From positions 1 to 64,000 of the IMG/VR virus record IMGVR_UViG_3300021478_000019: a stretch of 64,000 bases of DNA, one strand, 5' to 3'. How positions within the stretch are numbered: position 1 is the stretch's first letter; the number at the start of each line of letters is the position of its first letter. Shown piece by piece: positions 48,921 through 58,568 of the stretch. The DNA is from a virus. The translations under genes were made by a program, and so were the position numbers. The notes under the pieces are model-generated. The model was given only the letters and a program-made list of their open reading frames with translations, did not search any database and was not told the origin of the DNA.

Positions 48921-48978
48921 GCATTTCCAGGCTAGGGGTGACTTGCACCTGGGGAGCCCACGCCCTAGCATGCCTGCC
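48921..48978 (+). promoter_or_regulatory. GACTTGCA-type leaderless promoter 13
   Basis: First 28 bp identical to 48213-48240; TTGCAC-N17-TAGCAT-N7-ATG. Confidence 0.82.
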
Positions 48979-49841
48979 ATGACCAACCGCATTGTGACTG
49001 AACTGATCGACGCCCAGAACGAGGACAACGGCGGGCCCCTGGCCCCCGGCCAGGAGGGCTTCTGGAAGATCTGGGGAGCCGGGGCCCGCGACGTCCAGGC
49101 CGGGGACCTGGTCCTGGTCCGCTGGGCCGATGAGGACGGGGGCCATCACATCGAGGAGTACGCCATCGCCGCCCGCCTCGACGAGGGCAACGGCATCGCC
49201 CCCAAGTTCGCCGCCGAGTCGGGGGAGATCTTCCGCCTGGGCATGCTGCAGCGCATCGTCGTCCTGCGCTGGGGCACCGGCAACACGCTGAGCCCCAACT
49301 GCCGCTGATCACCGACCAACCCACCCGAGAGGATCCCACCATGACCACCACCTACTGCCCCTCCAGCCACGCCCACTACGTCTACGGGCCCACCGCCCGC
49401 AGCCTGGTCTGTGACGCCTGTGCGGCCACCTTCGTCGAGGAGCCGGGCACCGGTCCCGGCCACATCCCCCTGCACACGCCGGTGGAGGCCAACCCCACCG
49501 TGTTTGAGGCCAGCCCGGCCCCGACCTGCACCGTGCTGTTCTCCACCGGCCCCTGCGGCCAGCCCGCGGTGACCACCTTCACCACCGCCGCCGGGCGCAC
49601 CTACTACGAGTGCGCCGACCATGACGCCTCGCCCCGCCTGCTGGGCCGAGAGGGCACCACGGCCCGCCTGGGGGAGAAGGTCATCAAGACCAGGAGCCAG
49701 GCGCCCTACGCCCTGGTGAGCCGGTCCAGTGGTCGCCTGGTGGGCTATGCCCACAGCCAGTCCCCGGCAGTCCTCGACCGGGCCCGCCGCCTGGACGCCC
49801 AGGTGCTGCCTATCACTGATGGCAAGGTGGTGGTGCCCTGA
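48979..49841 (+). CDS. Two hypothetical ORFs (48979-49308, 49341-49841)
   Basis: Leaderless start; GAGGA ribosome-binding site for the second. Confidence 0.65.
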
Positions 49842-49867
49842 GCCCCTCACAACCGAGCAGCAGACCA

Positions 49868-49894
49868 GGAGCCGCCCACCAGGGCGGCTTCTTC
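49868..49894 (+). terminator. Intrinsic terminator
   Basis: GCCGCCC-ACCA-GGGCGGC followed by TTCTTC. Confidence 0.65.
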
Positions 49895-50846
49895 GCGTCC
49901 GGGCCCACAGCAGCCCTGAGAGGGGAAATCCCCTCGTCGAGCCCCTGCAAGCCTCAGCTGCCCCAGGATTGCACGTAGCAGCCAGAATGGGTGACGGGGC
50001 CAGAACAGGGGGTGCGGGGCACAGGGAGCCGTACAGGGGGCTCTCAGAGGATTGAGGGCAGAACAGCAGCTGGAAATGCCCGGATATCGGCCCCAACCGT
50101 GTGTGGCCAGGCATGAAATGTACCCATAATCAAGTGACCATTTCGCAGATTGCCCCCGCGGACCCCCATTTACCCCCGTTCCGACCCTCCCACGCCACCC
50201 CGTACCGCCCTCCTGAGCCCCTCCACCGGCCTCCTGTGCCATGCCCTGCCCGCACACGGGCCAGCCCCAGCCACCCCACATGCCAGGCCATCGCCGCTCA
50301 CAGGGTACGGCAGGGAGTAGGCGCCAGCTACCACATACCAAGGGCACATACCAGTCAGGTAGCAACTACCGCCCGAGCCCTACCCCCCCACCGCCTGGAC
50401 AGGGAGCCACCTGGCTCAGCAGCCCGTAGCAGGAAATCCAGGGCAGTACAAGTCGACCAGATAATCTTGGTTATCCGTACATAGGCTCTGACCAGGGGTT
50501 ATGTGAAAATGAAAACAGCTTCTTAGGCTCCGTTGGGAGAGAGTTGGGCATTTTCTCAGACTCCCAGCCACCCAGCCACCAGGCCGGTAGCAGACCCCCC
50601 ACCCTTAAGCAAGCCGCCAACGGTGGGCCCACCACCCCACAGGGGTTCGTGGGTGGGGAACGGCTGGGTAGTACCTCAAAAAATGAGCAAATCTAGTACC
50701 TCACGAAAGTGCTGGTCAACGAGGTGGGGGAGGAAAGAGCGTTGCTAAAACAGCAGGTCAGAGCAGGTATCGAGCTACCAGGAGGAGCAAATCAAGGGTC
50801 AGAACCAGCTACGATTTAGAGGTTTGAAGGCAGCAGAGGAGCAAGT
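49895..50846. other. About 1 kb non-coding region; candidate genome end, packaging site or origin
   Basis: No ORF with phage codon usage; strand-skewed tracts; short repeats. Confidence 0.55.
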
Positions 50847-52255
50847 GTGACAGACCAACCAGAAGAGCAGCAGCCTACGGTGGGAGCAGTGGTGGAGATC
50901 AGGGATAGGTCCCTAGCTGACCAGGCCAGCTGGTGGAGCGAGCAGATGGACGCCCTGGCTGCCGACCTGTATGAGGCCGATCCCCTGGCCTGCACCCAGG
51001 TAGCTGCTTGCTCCGTATTCCTGGGCCAGGTGGAGGCCAAGTTCAGGGAAACAGAGGACCAACTGCGGGCCATAGAGGCGTCGGTGGACCGCATGAAGGC
51101 GCTGGCGAGTAAGGCGTGAGCGATGATGCCAGAGACATGTGGCGGGCCTACAACCAGGACGGGAGCAAGCGGTGGCAGGAAGGTGGGGATCCGGTGAGCG
51201 AAGAGAAGAGTGAAGCCCCGGAGGGGTACCGGAACCTGCCCGGCTTCCTCTACATCAAGGCGTGCCTGCGCTGCGGCGCCCTGGTCACCGACACCGAGTT
51301 GCACACCGCCTGGCACGGGCGCCTGACCGGGCCCCCGGTGCGCCCATCGTGAGCGTCTACGAGCGCGGCTTCTGGGGCGACGTGTGGGACGAGACCTTCC
51401 ATGCCAACCACCCCGAGGGCGGCTGTGGCTTCTCCTGGCCTTTGCTCGACCCCAACGAGGAGGACCAGCGCAACATGATCGCCCACCAGTGTCGACGAGA
51501 GCCCGACCACCAGGGCCGGCATAAGTGCGCCTGCGGGGAGCAGGCGTGAGCGACACCTCCCATGGCTACGACTATCCCCCGCCCGTAGACGACGATCACG
51601 CTCTGCTGGTAGGGGCGCTGGTGGGCATGGTCATGCACGCCCGCCAGGAGGGGTTCGACTACACCGCTCGGGTTCTGGATGACGAGCATGGGAACCACCT
51701 GGCCACCTTTGAGGTCACGGCGCCCTCCGGGCGGTACCTGATCCATGTGGTGAAAGCGGTAGAAGATGGCTGACCTGGTCTCCTGGGACATGACCGACCC
51801 GCATAACCCCCAGCCCGTCATCTACCCCGTCTGCCCGGACTGTGGTGAGCCGTACTACTACAGCCAGTACCTCAGCCTGGCCGATGGCAAGTACCACTGG
51901 GCCTGGTCGAAGCCGGCCAAGGTGCCCAAGGGCTGCCGGCACAAGGGGGAGGCCCAGGTGCGCGACACCCGATGATGCTGGCCGTGTTGCTCTTGATCGT
52001 GTTGGCCGGCGGGCTGGTCCTGTACGCGGTGCGGAGATGAGGTGCGAGGCCGACCAGTGGGGCCGAATCACTGGCCAGGCATCCGGGCCGTGTCCCAACG
52101 AGGCCACCCACCTGGAACTGTGGTTCGACGAGGAGGGCGTCGAGGTCTGGCTGTGCGACCCCCATGGCGACCGCCCTATCGACTTAGCTCCCACCGTGGT
52201 GGCGCTCGATGAAGCTGACCACCCCGTTGGCGAACCACTTGAGCCCCCGGTGTAG
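50847..52255 (+). CDS. Run of about seven small hypothetical ORFs (50847, 51116, 51349, 51546, 51766, 52018 and others)
   Basis: GTGA overlaps; AGGAG before 50847. Confidence 0.55.
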
Positions 52256-52600
52256 GCGGTCGATGTGCCCGTCGTCGGAGAAGCCGATGGGGCGGTTCTC
52301 CCACTCCACCTCCGGTTTACCTCCCGTACTCACCCCCGACATCACCAGCAGGAAATCCCGGCTCTCGTCGAAGGGCTCCTCCCCTCGGGCGGTACGAATA
52401 TCCAGCAGGTAGAACTGGTCGAGGTCCAGGTCGACATGGGCCATGACCCACAGGTAGCAGTAGGCCCGGCCATCCCGGCTGAGGGGGATGCCATCGGCGC
52501 CCTGGCCGTCGAAGTCGCGGGCCTTCTCCTCTAGGAAGTAGTGGGCGATGTCGATCCCTCCGGGTACGTCCCAGAAGGGGGCTTGCTCTTCTTCTGTCAT
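52184..52600 (-). CDS. Acidic hypothetical protein
   Basis: AAGGAGGAG before MTEEEQAPFW. Confidence 0.65.
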   Translation of the reverse strand: MTEEEQAPFWDVPGGIDIAHYFLEEKARDFDGQGADGIPLSRDGRAYCYLWVMAHVDLDLDQFYLLDIRTARGEEPFDESRDFLLVMSGVSTGGKPEVEWENRPIGFSDDGHIDRLHRGLKWFANGVVSFIERHHGGS

Positions 52601-52684
52601 AACTCCTCCTTCACCTATTACAAGGAGGACTGACGTCGGAAGTGTCAAACTTGTCCGGGGTTTTTTTCGTGGTACGTTCCCCCC

Positions 52685-52939
52685 ATGGGCCGAGTCGGGA
52701 AGCTGCTGGCGGTCGGAGCCCTGGTGGCCGGCCTGGTAGTACCCACCGTCCAGCTGGCTCGCAGCGCCGCCGACTACTCGGCCCCGCCGCGGCTCCACTT
52801 CGGCCCGGTGATCTTGAGCCTGCCCGCCACCACCCCCCACCTGGTCACCTACCAGGACCCCGTCCTCACCACCGGCTCCCTGGTCCTGCTGGCCGATGAC
52901 GACAGCCCCCAGCTGCTCCTGCAGGTGCTGAAGATATAG
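52685..52939 (+). CDS. Small exported or membrane protein, leaderless
   Basis: TTGTCC...TACGTT-N6-ATG; signal-like N-terminus. Confidence 0.55.
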   Translation: MGRVGKLLAVGALVAGLVVPTVQLARSAADYSAPPRLHFGPVILSLPATTPHLVTYQDPVLTTGSLVLLADDDSPQLLLQVLKI

Positions 52940-52940
52940 A

Positions 52941-52966
52941 AGAGGGCCCCCCGAAGGGGGCCCTCT
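52941..52966. terminator. Bidirectional terminator hairpin
   Basis: AGAGGGCCCCC-CGAA-GGGGGCCCTCT between convergent genes. Confidence 0.8.
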
Positions 52967-52999
52967 CGTCATGGCCGAGGATTTGGAGGCTCGACCAGA

Positions 53000-53545
53000 T
53001 CAGTGCAGGTTGACGAAGCCGACCGCCGTGATGCTGTCGGTCTCAAAGGCGCTGTTGTTGGCGTTGAAGTTGCAGGTGCCGTTGATCCGGCGGGGCTGGG
53101 TGCCCTGGATACGGACGTTGGCCAGCAGGTTGCCGGTGGCGTTGCGGTAGTCCCCGGTACCCCGCACGATGGTGACGTTGACGCCGTTGACCCGCCCGGT
53201 GAAGGCACAGGTGAACGGGTTCTCACGCCCAGGCACGAAGGTGCCCCCGGTGTGCAGGACGGTGATCGAGCCATTGGGGTCGACCAGGGTGGTGCGGCCA
53301 CTGTTGGGCGGGTCAAGAGGCCGGGAGGGAATGTCGGTGGCGTTGCCGGGCCCGGTGACGGGGCCGCGGCTGGAGGTCCAAGGACCGACGCTAAGACCGC
53401 CGCCCACCGAGTACTGAGTGGCGTGGATGACCTCGATACCGGCTCTGGGCGCCGCTCCTGCGGACGAGGCCAGCAGGCCCCCGGCGGTGCCTCCTACGAT
53501 GGCCAGTGCGGAGACGGCCAACAGGCCGCGCTTCATGATGTTCAT
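53000..53545 (-). CDS. Secreted beta-barrel protein, similar to 34237-34692
   Basis: Signal peptide ending AGA; TIVRGTG.YRNATG motif; two Cys. Confidence 0.7.
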   Translation of the reverse strand: MNIMKRGLLAVSALAIVGGTAGGLLASSAGAAPRAGIEVIHATQYSVGGGLSVGPWTSSRGPVTGPGNATDIPSRPLDPPNSGRTTLVDPNGSITVLHTGGTFVPGRENPFTCAFTGRVNGVNVTIVRGTGDYRNATGNLLANVRIQGTQPRRINGTCNFNANNSAFETDSITAVGFVNLH

Positions 53546-53600
53546 GCTTTTTCCCCTTGCTTGCTGGCTGTGTGCCGGCGTCGAAGTTAGCAGAACGACC

Positions 53601-53625
53601 GAGGGCCCCCACAAGGGGGGCCCTC
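53601..53625 (-). terminator. Hairpin nearly identical to 52941-52966
   Basis: GAGGGCCCCC-ACAAG-GGGGGCCCTC. Confidence 0.7.
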
Positions 53626-53647
53626 TGAACATTCGGTGTACGGGGGA

Positions 53648-53884
53648 TTACTCCTCCAACTTCCAGCTGAAGTCCTCGGCGTACTTCTCCGGGGAGTAGT
53701 CGCAGGCGTCGTCGGAGATGATGTGATAGGCCGAATAGCCGCCCTGGCCGCTTTCGGCGGCGTTGCCCATCCTGTACTTGGTGGCAAAGGCTTCGGCGGC
53801 GCCGGTGTCGGGGAACGGCCCGATGACTGGCGGGGAGATGACACCGTCCTTGGTGTCATCTACCTCGATCAGGTAGGCGCTCAT
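53648..53884 (-). CDS. Hypothetical protein
   Basis: ATGA overlap. Confidence 0.6.
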   Translation of the reverse strand: MSAYLIEVDDTKDGVISPPVIGPFPDTGAAEAFATKYRMGNAAESGQGGYSAYHIISDDACDYSPEKYAEDFSWKLEE

Positions 53885-54291
53885 GGCAGGGACGCGGCCA
53901 GCAGCTGCAGATTGGCCTGGGCCACGTTGATGATGGCGCCGACGACCTGGTTGGACCTGGGGTTGATGATGCCCATGCGGACCAGATCCGGCTCCCAGGC
54001 CCGGATCAGCCGGGTCCCGAAGTCGTCCACCTGCTGGTGGCTCATGGTGCGGGCGTCAGCGGTGCTGGCGCCGACGTGCCACACGGCGTTGCGAGTGCGA
54101 CCGGTGCGGTGGATGACGTACAGCGTCTGGCTCCGGGGCAGGCGCTGCACCTCCTGGTACGCCTGGATCATGTTGCTGGCCTCCCAGGTCGACACCCCCA
54201 GGTCGTAGGCCAGGGCGGCATTGTTGAAGGCCAACCCCACCCCTCCCTGGTTGCTCACATAGTTCTCCAATATTTCCCATCGTGCCGGCAT
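53881..54291 (-). CDS. Putative winged-helix protein
   Basis: LAYDLGVSTWEAS..I..Y followed by a beta hairpin; AAGGAGGT ribosome-binding site. Confidence 0.55.
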   Translation of the reverse strand: MPARWEILENYVSNQGGVGLAFNNAALAYDLGVSTWEASNMIQAYQEVQRLPRSQTLYVIHRTGRTRNAVWHVGASTADARTMSHQQVDDFGTRLIRAWEPDLVRMGIINPRSNQVVGAIINVAQANLQLLAASLP

Positions 54292-54309
54292 GGCGGCACC
54301 TCCTTTTGG

Positions 54310-54921
54310 TTATGAGACGGCGAAACGGGCTTCCGCCAAGGTGAACGAGAACGCCTCAAAGGCGGCGTTGACGGGGGCCATGGCTTCCTCGGTGGCGGCG
54401 CCCTCGGAGATGGCTTTCTGCAGATATTCCTGGGCCTCCGTCAGAGCCTGAACGCATAGGACCAGGCCGGTGCTGGCCAGGGCCCGTCGCACCGGCTCCA
54501 GGGCTTGATGCGTCCGGGCCACGCTGGCCTTGCGACCGGCTTCGGAGGTGTCGATGCCGGCCCGACGCAGCTTTAGTTCGTGATAGATGGCGTCCTGGGT
54601 CTTCGTGTCGGCAGCCATGATCCCGTCCACCACCGCGGTGGGCTCCGCGGTAGCGGTACGGGTGACGTCACGCTTCTGCCAGGAGATCGGACGTGGTTGG
54701 GGCGATCGCCCTTCGACCGAGTTCTTCAGCCAGTTCCTGAACACGCTTGGGTCGATCCCCATGTGGACGGCAAAGGAGCGCGCCGTGACCTTGACGGTGC
54801 GGCCCAGGGCATCTCTCTCGTCGGTGGGCTGGTTTTCGTAGCGGCGGAACACGGCCACGAAGCCCTCCTTGTAGTCGCCACACTCGGTGATGATGTCGTT
54901 CCAGTTGATGATGTTGTCCAT
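54310..54921 (-). CDS. HTH-containing protein
   Basis: TARSFAVHMGIDPSVFRNWL; AGGAGG ribosome-binding site. Confidence 0.65.
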   Translation of the reverse strand: MDNIINWNDIITECGDYKEGFVAVFRRYENQPTDERDALGRTVKVTARSFAVHMGIDPSVFRNWLKNSVEGRSPQPRPISWQKRDVTRTATAEPTAVVDGIMAADTKTQDAIYHELKLRRAGIDTSEAGRKASVARTHQALEPVRRALASTGLVLCVQALTEAQEYLQKAISEGAATEEAMAPVNAAFEAFSFTLAEARFAVS

Positions 54922-54932
54922 ATGTCCTCCTG

Positions 54933-55709
54933 TTAGTTGATGGTGATATAGCTGCCCTGGCCGATATCCCCGACGCCTTCTTCTCGACCAGGGAACATCT
55001 TGCGCTGAAGGATCTTCAGGGTGCGGATGACCCGTTCGATGTCACGGTCAACGATCTTCAGCTGGGCCGGGATGGTGGCCGGCAGGTTGTCGAATTCGGC
55101 CACATAGGGGCCGACGATCCTGAGGAACGCCTCGATTTCCTTGTCCAACCGCTCCCAATACTGGTGCCGGCGCAGGGCATGCTCGCCGGCAGCCTTGCTG
55201 AGCTTGATGGCCTGCTTCTGGGCCTCCACGGCCCGACGTTCGTCCTCCTCCTCGTACATGCGGATGACGGCCAGGTTGCGGCGGGCGTTACGGCTGTCCT
55301 CCGCGGTGGCCTTGAGCCCTTCACGGACCTCGGGGTCGGATAGCTCCTCCCACAGGGCGTTGATCCGGGCTTCCAGCTTCTCTTGCCGGGTGGGCTGGGC
55401 GAAGGGCACGGGCTCGCCGGCTTCGGCGGCTTTCCGACCGGATTCGGTGATGTCCCAGACCATGTTGGCTTTGCCCGAGGCGCTCTGACGGCGCCCGGCC
55501 TGGACGACCAGGCCGGCTTTCCGTAGCTCGTTGCGCCGGGGGCGCAGCAAGTCGCCGGGGATACCGGTGGCTCGCTCTAGTTCGGCATCGAGGAGGGGCA
55601 CGTCAGCGATGGCCAGAATCTGAAGCACTCGGAGGCGCACCTCTGCCGCTGACCACGATGTGAAAGAGGAGGGGCCGGCGTCATCCGGCCCCTCCTTTTC
55701 TCCGATCAA
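54933..55709 (-). CDS. Winged-helix plus coiled-coil protein
   Basis: D.EL...TG.....RPRR.EL...GLV...G.R...SG....VW. Confidence 0.7.
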   Translation of the reverse strand: MIGEKEGPDDAGPSSFTSWSAAEVRLRVLQILAIADVPLLDAELERATGIPGDLLRPRRNELRKAGLVVQAGRRQSASGKANMVWDITESGRKAAEAGEPVPFAQPTRQEKLEARINALWEELSDPEVREGLKATAEDSRNARRNLAVIRMYEEEDERRAVEAQKQAIKLSKAAGEHALRRHQYWERLDKEIEAFLRIVGPYVAEFDNLPATIPAQLKIVDRDIERVIRTLKILQRKMFPGREEGVGDIGQGSYITIN

Positions 55710-56305
55710 ACGGAGCCGGCAGCCAGGGCCAGCCGCTCGGCCACCTTGGCCGAGGCGTTGGTGGTGATCTCCTGGGCGTCGTTCTTGAACTCGTCCAGCA
55801 GTTCGGGGGCCAGCTGGCCGGCATAGCCGACATCGCGGACCACGGTCTTGGCGATCCGGGTGCCCACCTTGTCGGCGTCGCGCTCAGCCACCTCGCCCCG
55901 CTCGGACATGATGCCGCGGGCCGCATCCTGGCGGTCCACCACACTGATCACCCCGGTCACGAAGTCGCAGACGTAGACGTGACCGTTGGTCACGAAGTTG
56001 CGGTTAAACCGCGACCTCGGGGTGAGATAGGTCTTGAGCCGGGTGATATACCAGACATCGTCCAGCCCGTAGACCTCGGGGGTGACCCCGGTGGCGTTGA
56101 CCATGCCGGTCGCCAACTCGCCGCTCTCAACGAGCGGCTCCAGGTTGCTGAGGATGCGGCCCATCTCCGTGGGCACGTTGAACTCCAGTTCCGGCTCCCC
56201 CGGCTTGCCCACCGGGCCACGGGTGACCTGGTAGACGAGATTCTCATCGGTGGCGACGAGAACCTCCACCTCCTCGGGGTGTTCCATCAAGCGAGTGGAT
56301 TTCAC
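55706..56305 (-). CDS. Hypothetical protein, first gene of the operon divergent from the integrase
   Basis: GAGGAG before GTG; TTGA overlap with the next gene. Confidence 0.65.
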   Translation of the reverse strand: MKSTRLMEHPEEVEVLVATDENLVYQVTRGPVGKPGEPELEFNVPTEMGRILSNLEPLVESGELATGMVNATGVTPEVYGLDDVWYITRLKTYLTPRSRFNRNFVTNGHVYVCDFVTGVISVVDRQDAARGIMSERGEVAERDADKVGTRIAKTVVRDVGYAGQLAPELLDEFKNDAQEITTNASAKVAERLALAAGSV

Positions 56306-56928
56306 CACTGCTCCTCTCTGTTGGAAGCTCGCCACAGGCGGGCTTGTGGTCTGCCCCGGAGGTAAATCAGATCACCACCGGTGATCTGGGTTTCCGAGGC
56401 ACCGCCATGTCTACCATCTCTTATCCCCAGGTGCAAGCGTTTTCTTCCACATGCATGCGCGTTCCCAAGCATGCCGAGACCGCATACTCCCTGGTACTGG
56501 GCGGTTCTTGCTGGTACTCGGTGGTACTGGTGATGCCTGTAGTTGTCCACAGGTTCCTCTGGAGTCCACTGATTACCGGTATTGACCGCCCGTGACCTCT
56601 GGCGTCAGGAAAACCGGACGCCAGCGACTTCCAGCGACCTGCGGCGGAACGAGAAGGCCCCCCGCGTCCGGGGGGCTCCTCCCTGGGATGGTGTCAGGGG
56701 CCGTCGCCTACCTGCCATGCCCTGCTGACGGATTCGCGGTGCCGTTGCCTCTGTGTGCCTCATTGGCTCTGCGCTGATGGCGGTGCGGGCCGTCACCGGT
56801 GACTATATCATCTTCGGTTCTCGGGGGTAACGGGCCCTGACCAGGGCATTTACAGAAAAGGGGCACTATCCGCTCATTGAGGGGCATGACTGCTCATATG
56901 GTGCCCCATTTTCTGGTACCGTGTGGGC

Positions 56929-58365
56929 ATGAAGTCGAGGGAACAACGCCAGGCCGAAAGCGCCTACGAACTGCTATTCGGTATCTACGCCAGACAGTCC
57001 CTGACCAGGGGCGAAACCGAATCTCTGCCCGACCAGGTGGAGCGGGGTCGCAGGGCGGTGGCGAGGGAGGGCACCGCGGTGGTGGAGTTCATCGAGCCCC
57101 CGTCCACATCCGGCTCCAAGCATCGTGGTCTGAAGCGCCAGGAGTTCCCCAAGCTCGTAGAGATGGTGAGATCGGGGGAGATAAATGCGGTCTGGGCCCT
57201 CACCACTGCTCGCATCAGCCGAGGCGGGGGGCCCGGCTGGGCTCCGCTCCTCCAGGCTGCCATCGACATGGGCCTGGACCTCAACCGCTTCGTGATGATC
57301 AGGGATAAGTTCTTGGATGAATCCGCGCTCAACCGTAAGGCTGACGCTGACCGGGAGTTCGCTGAGCAGATGAGCGAATACAGCATCGACAATAAGGAGC
57401 GTGAGGCTCGGGACGGCAAGCCCTCTCCTGGTGGTCTGCGCCCGTTCGGTCGCAACAAGGACGGCCTCACTGAGCATAGGACCGAGGGCCCCATGGTGCG
57501 ACAGATGGGTCGGGAGGCTCTAGGCGGGCGCAAGCCTTACAGCTTCGCTGAGGAACTGAACAGGAAGGGGATCAAAAATACCGGTGGTGGCAAGTTCACA
57601 CCGGAGTCGGTTCGTCGTATTCTCGTCTCGCCCCGCACCGCCGGGTATCGAGAGATCGGTAGCGATCTCATCCCAATAATCGGATGCGAACCGTTGATTG
57701 AGCGGGAAGCCTGGAAGAGATTACGGGACATGCTGGAGACCAACAAGGAGTGGGACACCAGGCCCCGCCATCCGAAGACCTTTGAGTTGCACGGCTTCGT
57801 CTTCTGCGCTCTCTGCGGAAAGGGGCTCCGGGGCCGCTACAAGAGCAACACCAGTGATGAAGATCGCCGCTACTGCTGTCCTTCGGTCGCGCAGGGCGGT
57901 TGCAACAAGATCTCGGCCAGTGCGGCCCAGCTAGAACGAGAGATGGAGCGGAAGGTCATGGGTCAGCTGGCCGACCCCGCGTTTCGTCGAGGGCTGCTGG
58001 CCGGCCAGGAGGATCAGCCGAGTTCGGAACTGGAGGCCCTGAGCAAGGAGAAGGCAGCCCTCCAGACACAGCGCCTCGGGTTCATGGACCTGGCAGGCGT
58101 GTTCACCAAGGACGAGATCGCGGCCAAGGTGCGCCCGGTAGACCAGGCCATCAAGAAGATCGATCACCAGATGGGCACACTGCTGAGCGCCCGACATCAG
58201 TTGGCGATCAGCGTGGACCTCGACAACCTCCCTACCTGGGCAGAGGCGACCTTCGACCAGAAGCGTGACCTGATGCGTCTGGTGGTGAATCGGGTCGAGG
58301 TCGGTAAGTCGAAGACGAAGGGTCGCGCCTGGGACGCTTCCCGGTTGACTTGGCATCTTCGCTGA
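56929..58365 (+). CDS. Large serine recombinase (integrase)
   Basis: YARQS...S...Q catalytic motif, R.SR, GG.RPFG recombinase domain, C..CG...Y.C...C Zn ribbon, coiled coil. Confidence 0.93.
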   Translation: MKSREQRQAESAYELLFGIYARQSLTRGETESLPDQVERGRRAVAREGTAVVEFIEPPSTSGSKHRGLKRQEFPKLVEMVRSGEINAVWALTTARISRGGGPGWAPLLQAAIDMGLDLNRFVMIRDKFLDESALNRKADADREFAEQMSEYSIDNKEREARDGKPSPGGLRPFGRNKDGLTEHRTEGPMVRQMGREALGGRKPYSFAEELNRKGIKNTGGGKFTPESVRRILVSPRTAGYREIGSDLIPIIGCEPLIEREAWKRLRDMLETNKEWDTRPRHPKTFELHGFVFCALCGKGLRGRYKSNTSDEDRRYCCPSVAQGGCNKISASAAQLEREMERKVMGQLADPAFRRGLLAGQEDQPSSELEALSKEKAALQTQRLGFMDLAGVFTKDEIAAKVRPVDQAIKKIDHQMGTLLSARHQLAISVDLDNLPTWAEATFDQKRDLMRLVVNRVEVGKSKTKGRAWDASRLTWHLR

Positions 58366-58501
58366 TCCTGCTCAGCATGATCTGGGCCAGGACTCGACCG
58401 GCCTCATAGGCAAGCTCGTCGGACCACTCTGTCCCTTGCCGGGCTCTGATAGCTCTGACCTCGGCGGTCATCTCGTCCAGTTCTTCCCGGCTGTAGGGCA
58501 T
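58232..58501 (-). CDS. Small convergent ORF; candidate recombination directionality factor
   Basis: Helical N-terminal half; overlaps the integrase 3' end; call rests on position only. Confidence 0.4.
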   Translation of the reverse strand: MPYSREELDEMTAEVRAIRARQGTEWSDELAYEAGRVLAQIMLSRISEDAKSTGKRPRRDPSSSTYRPRPDSPPDASGHASGRRSPLPR

Positions 58502-58568
58502 GGAGCCGACGGTACGAGCCGGCCTGGCGGCGCACCCCCTTGGCGCTGAAGTTCACCTAAATGGTCGT

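Noticed and set aside
49146-50748. ORF-track entries spanning the non-coding interval
   Set aside because: Atypical composition, no start signals, and overlap with a terminator and real plus-strand genes
56600-56928. attP site of the serine integrase
   Set aside because: No convincing ~50-bp imperfect inverted repeat could be picked by eye; comparison with an integrated copy is needed
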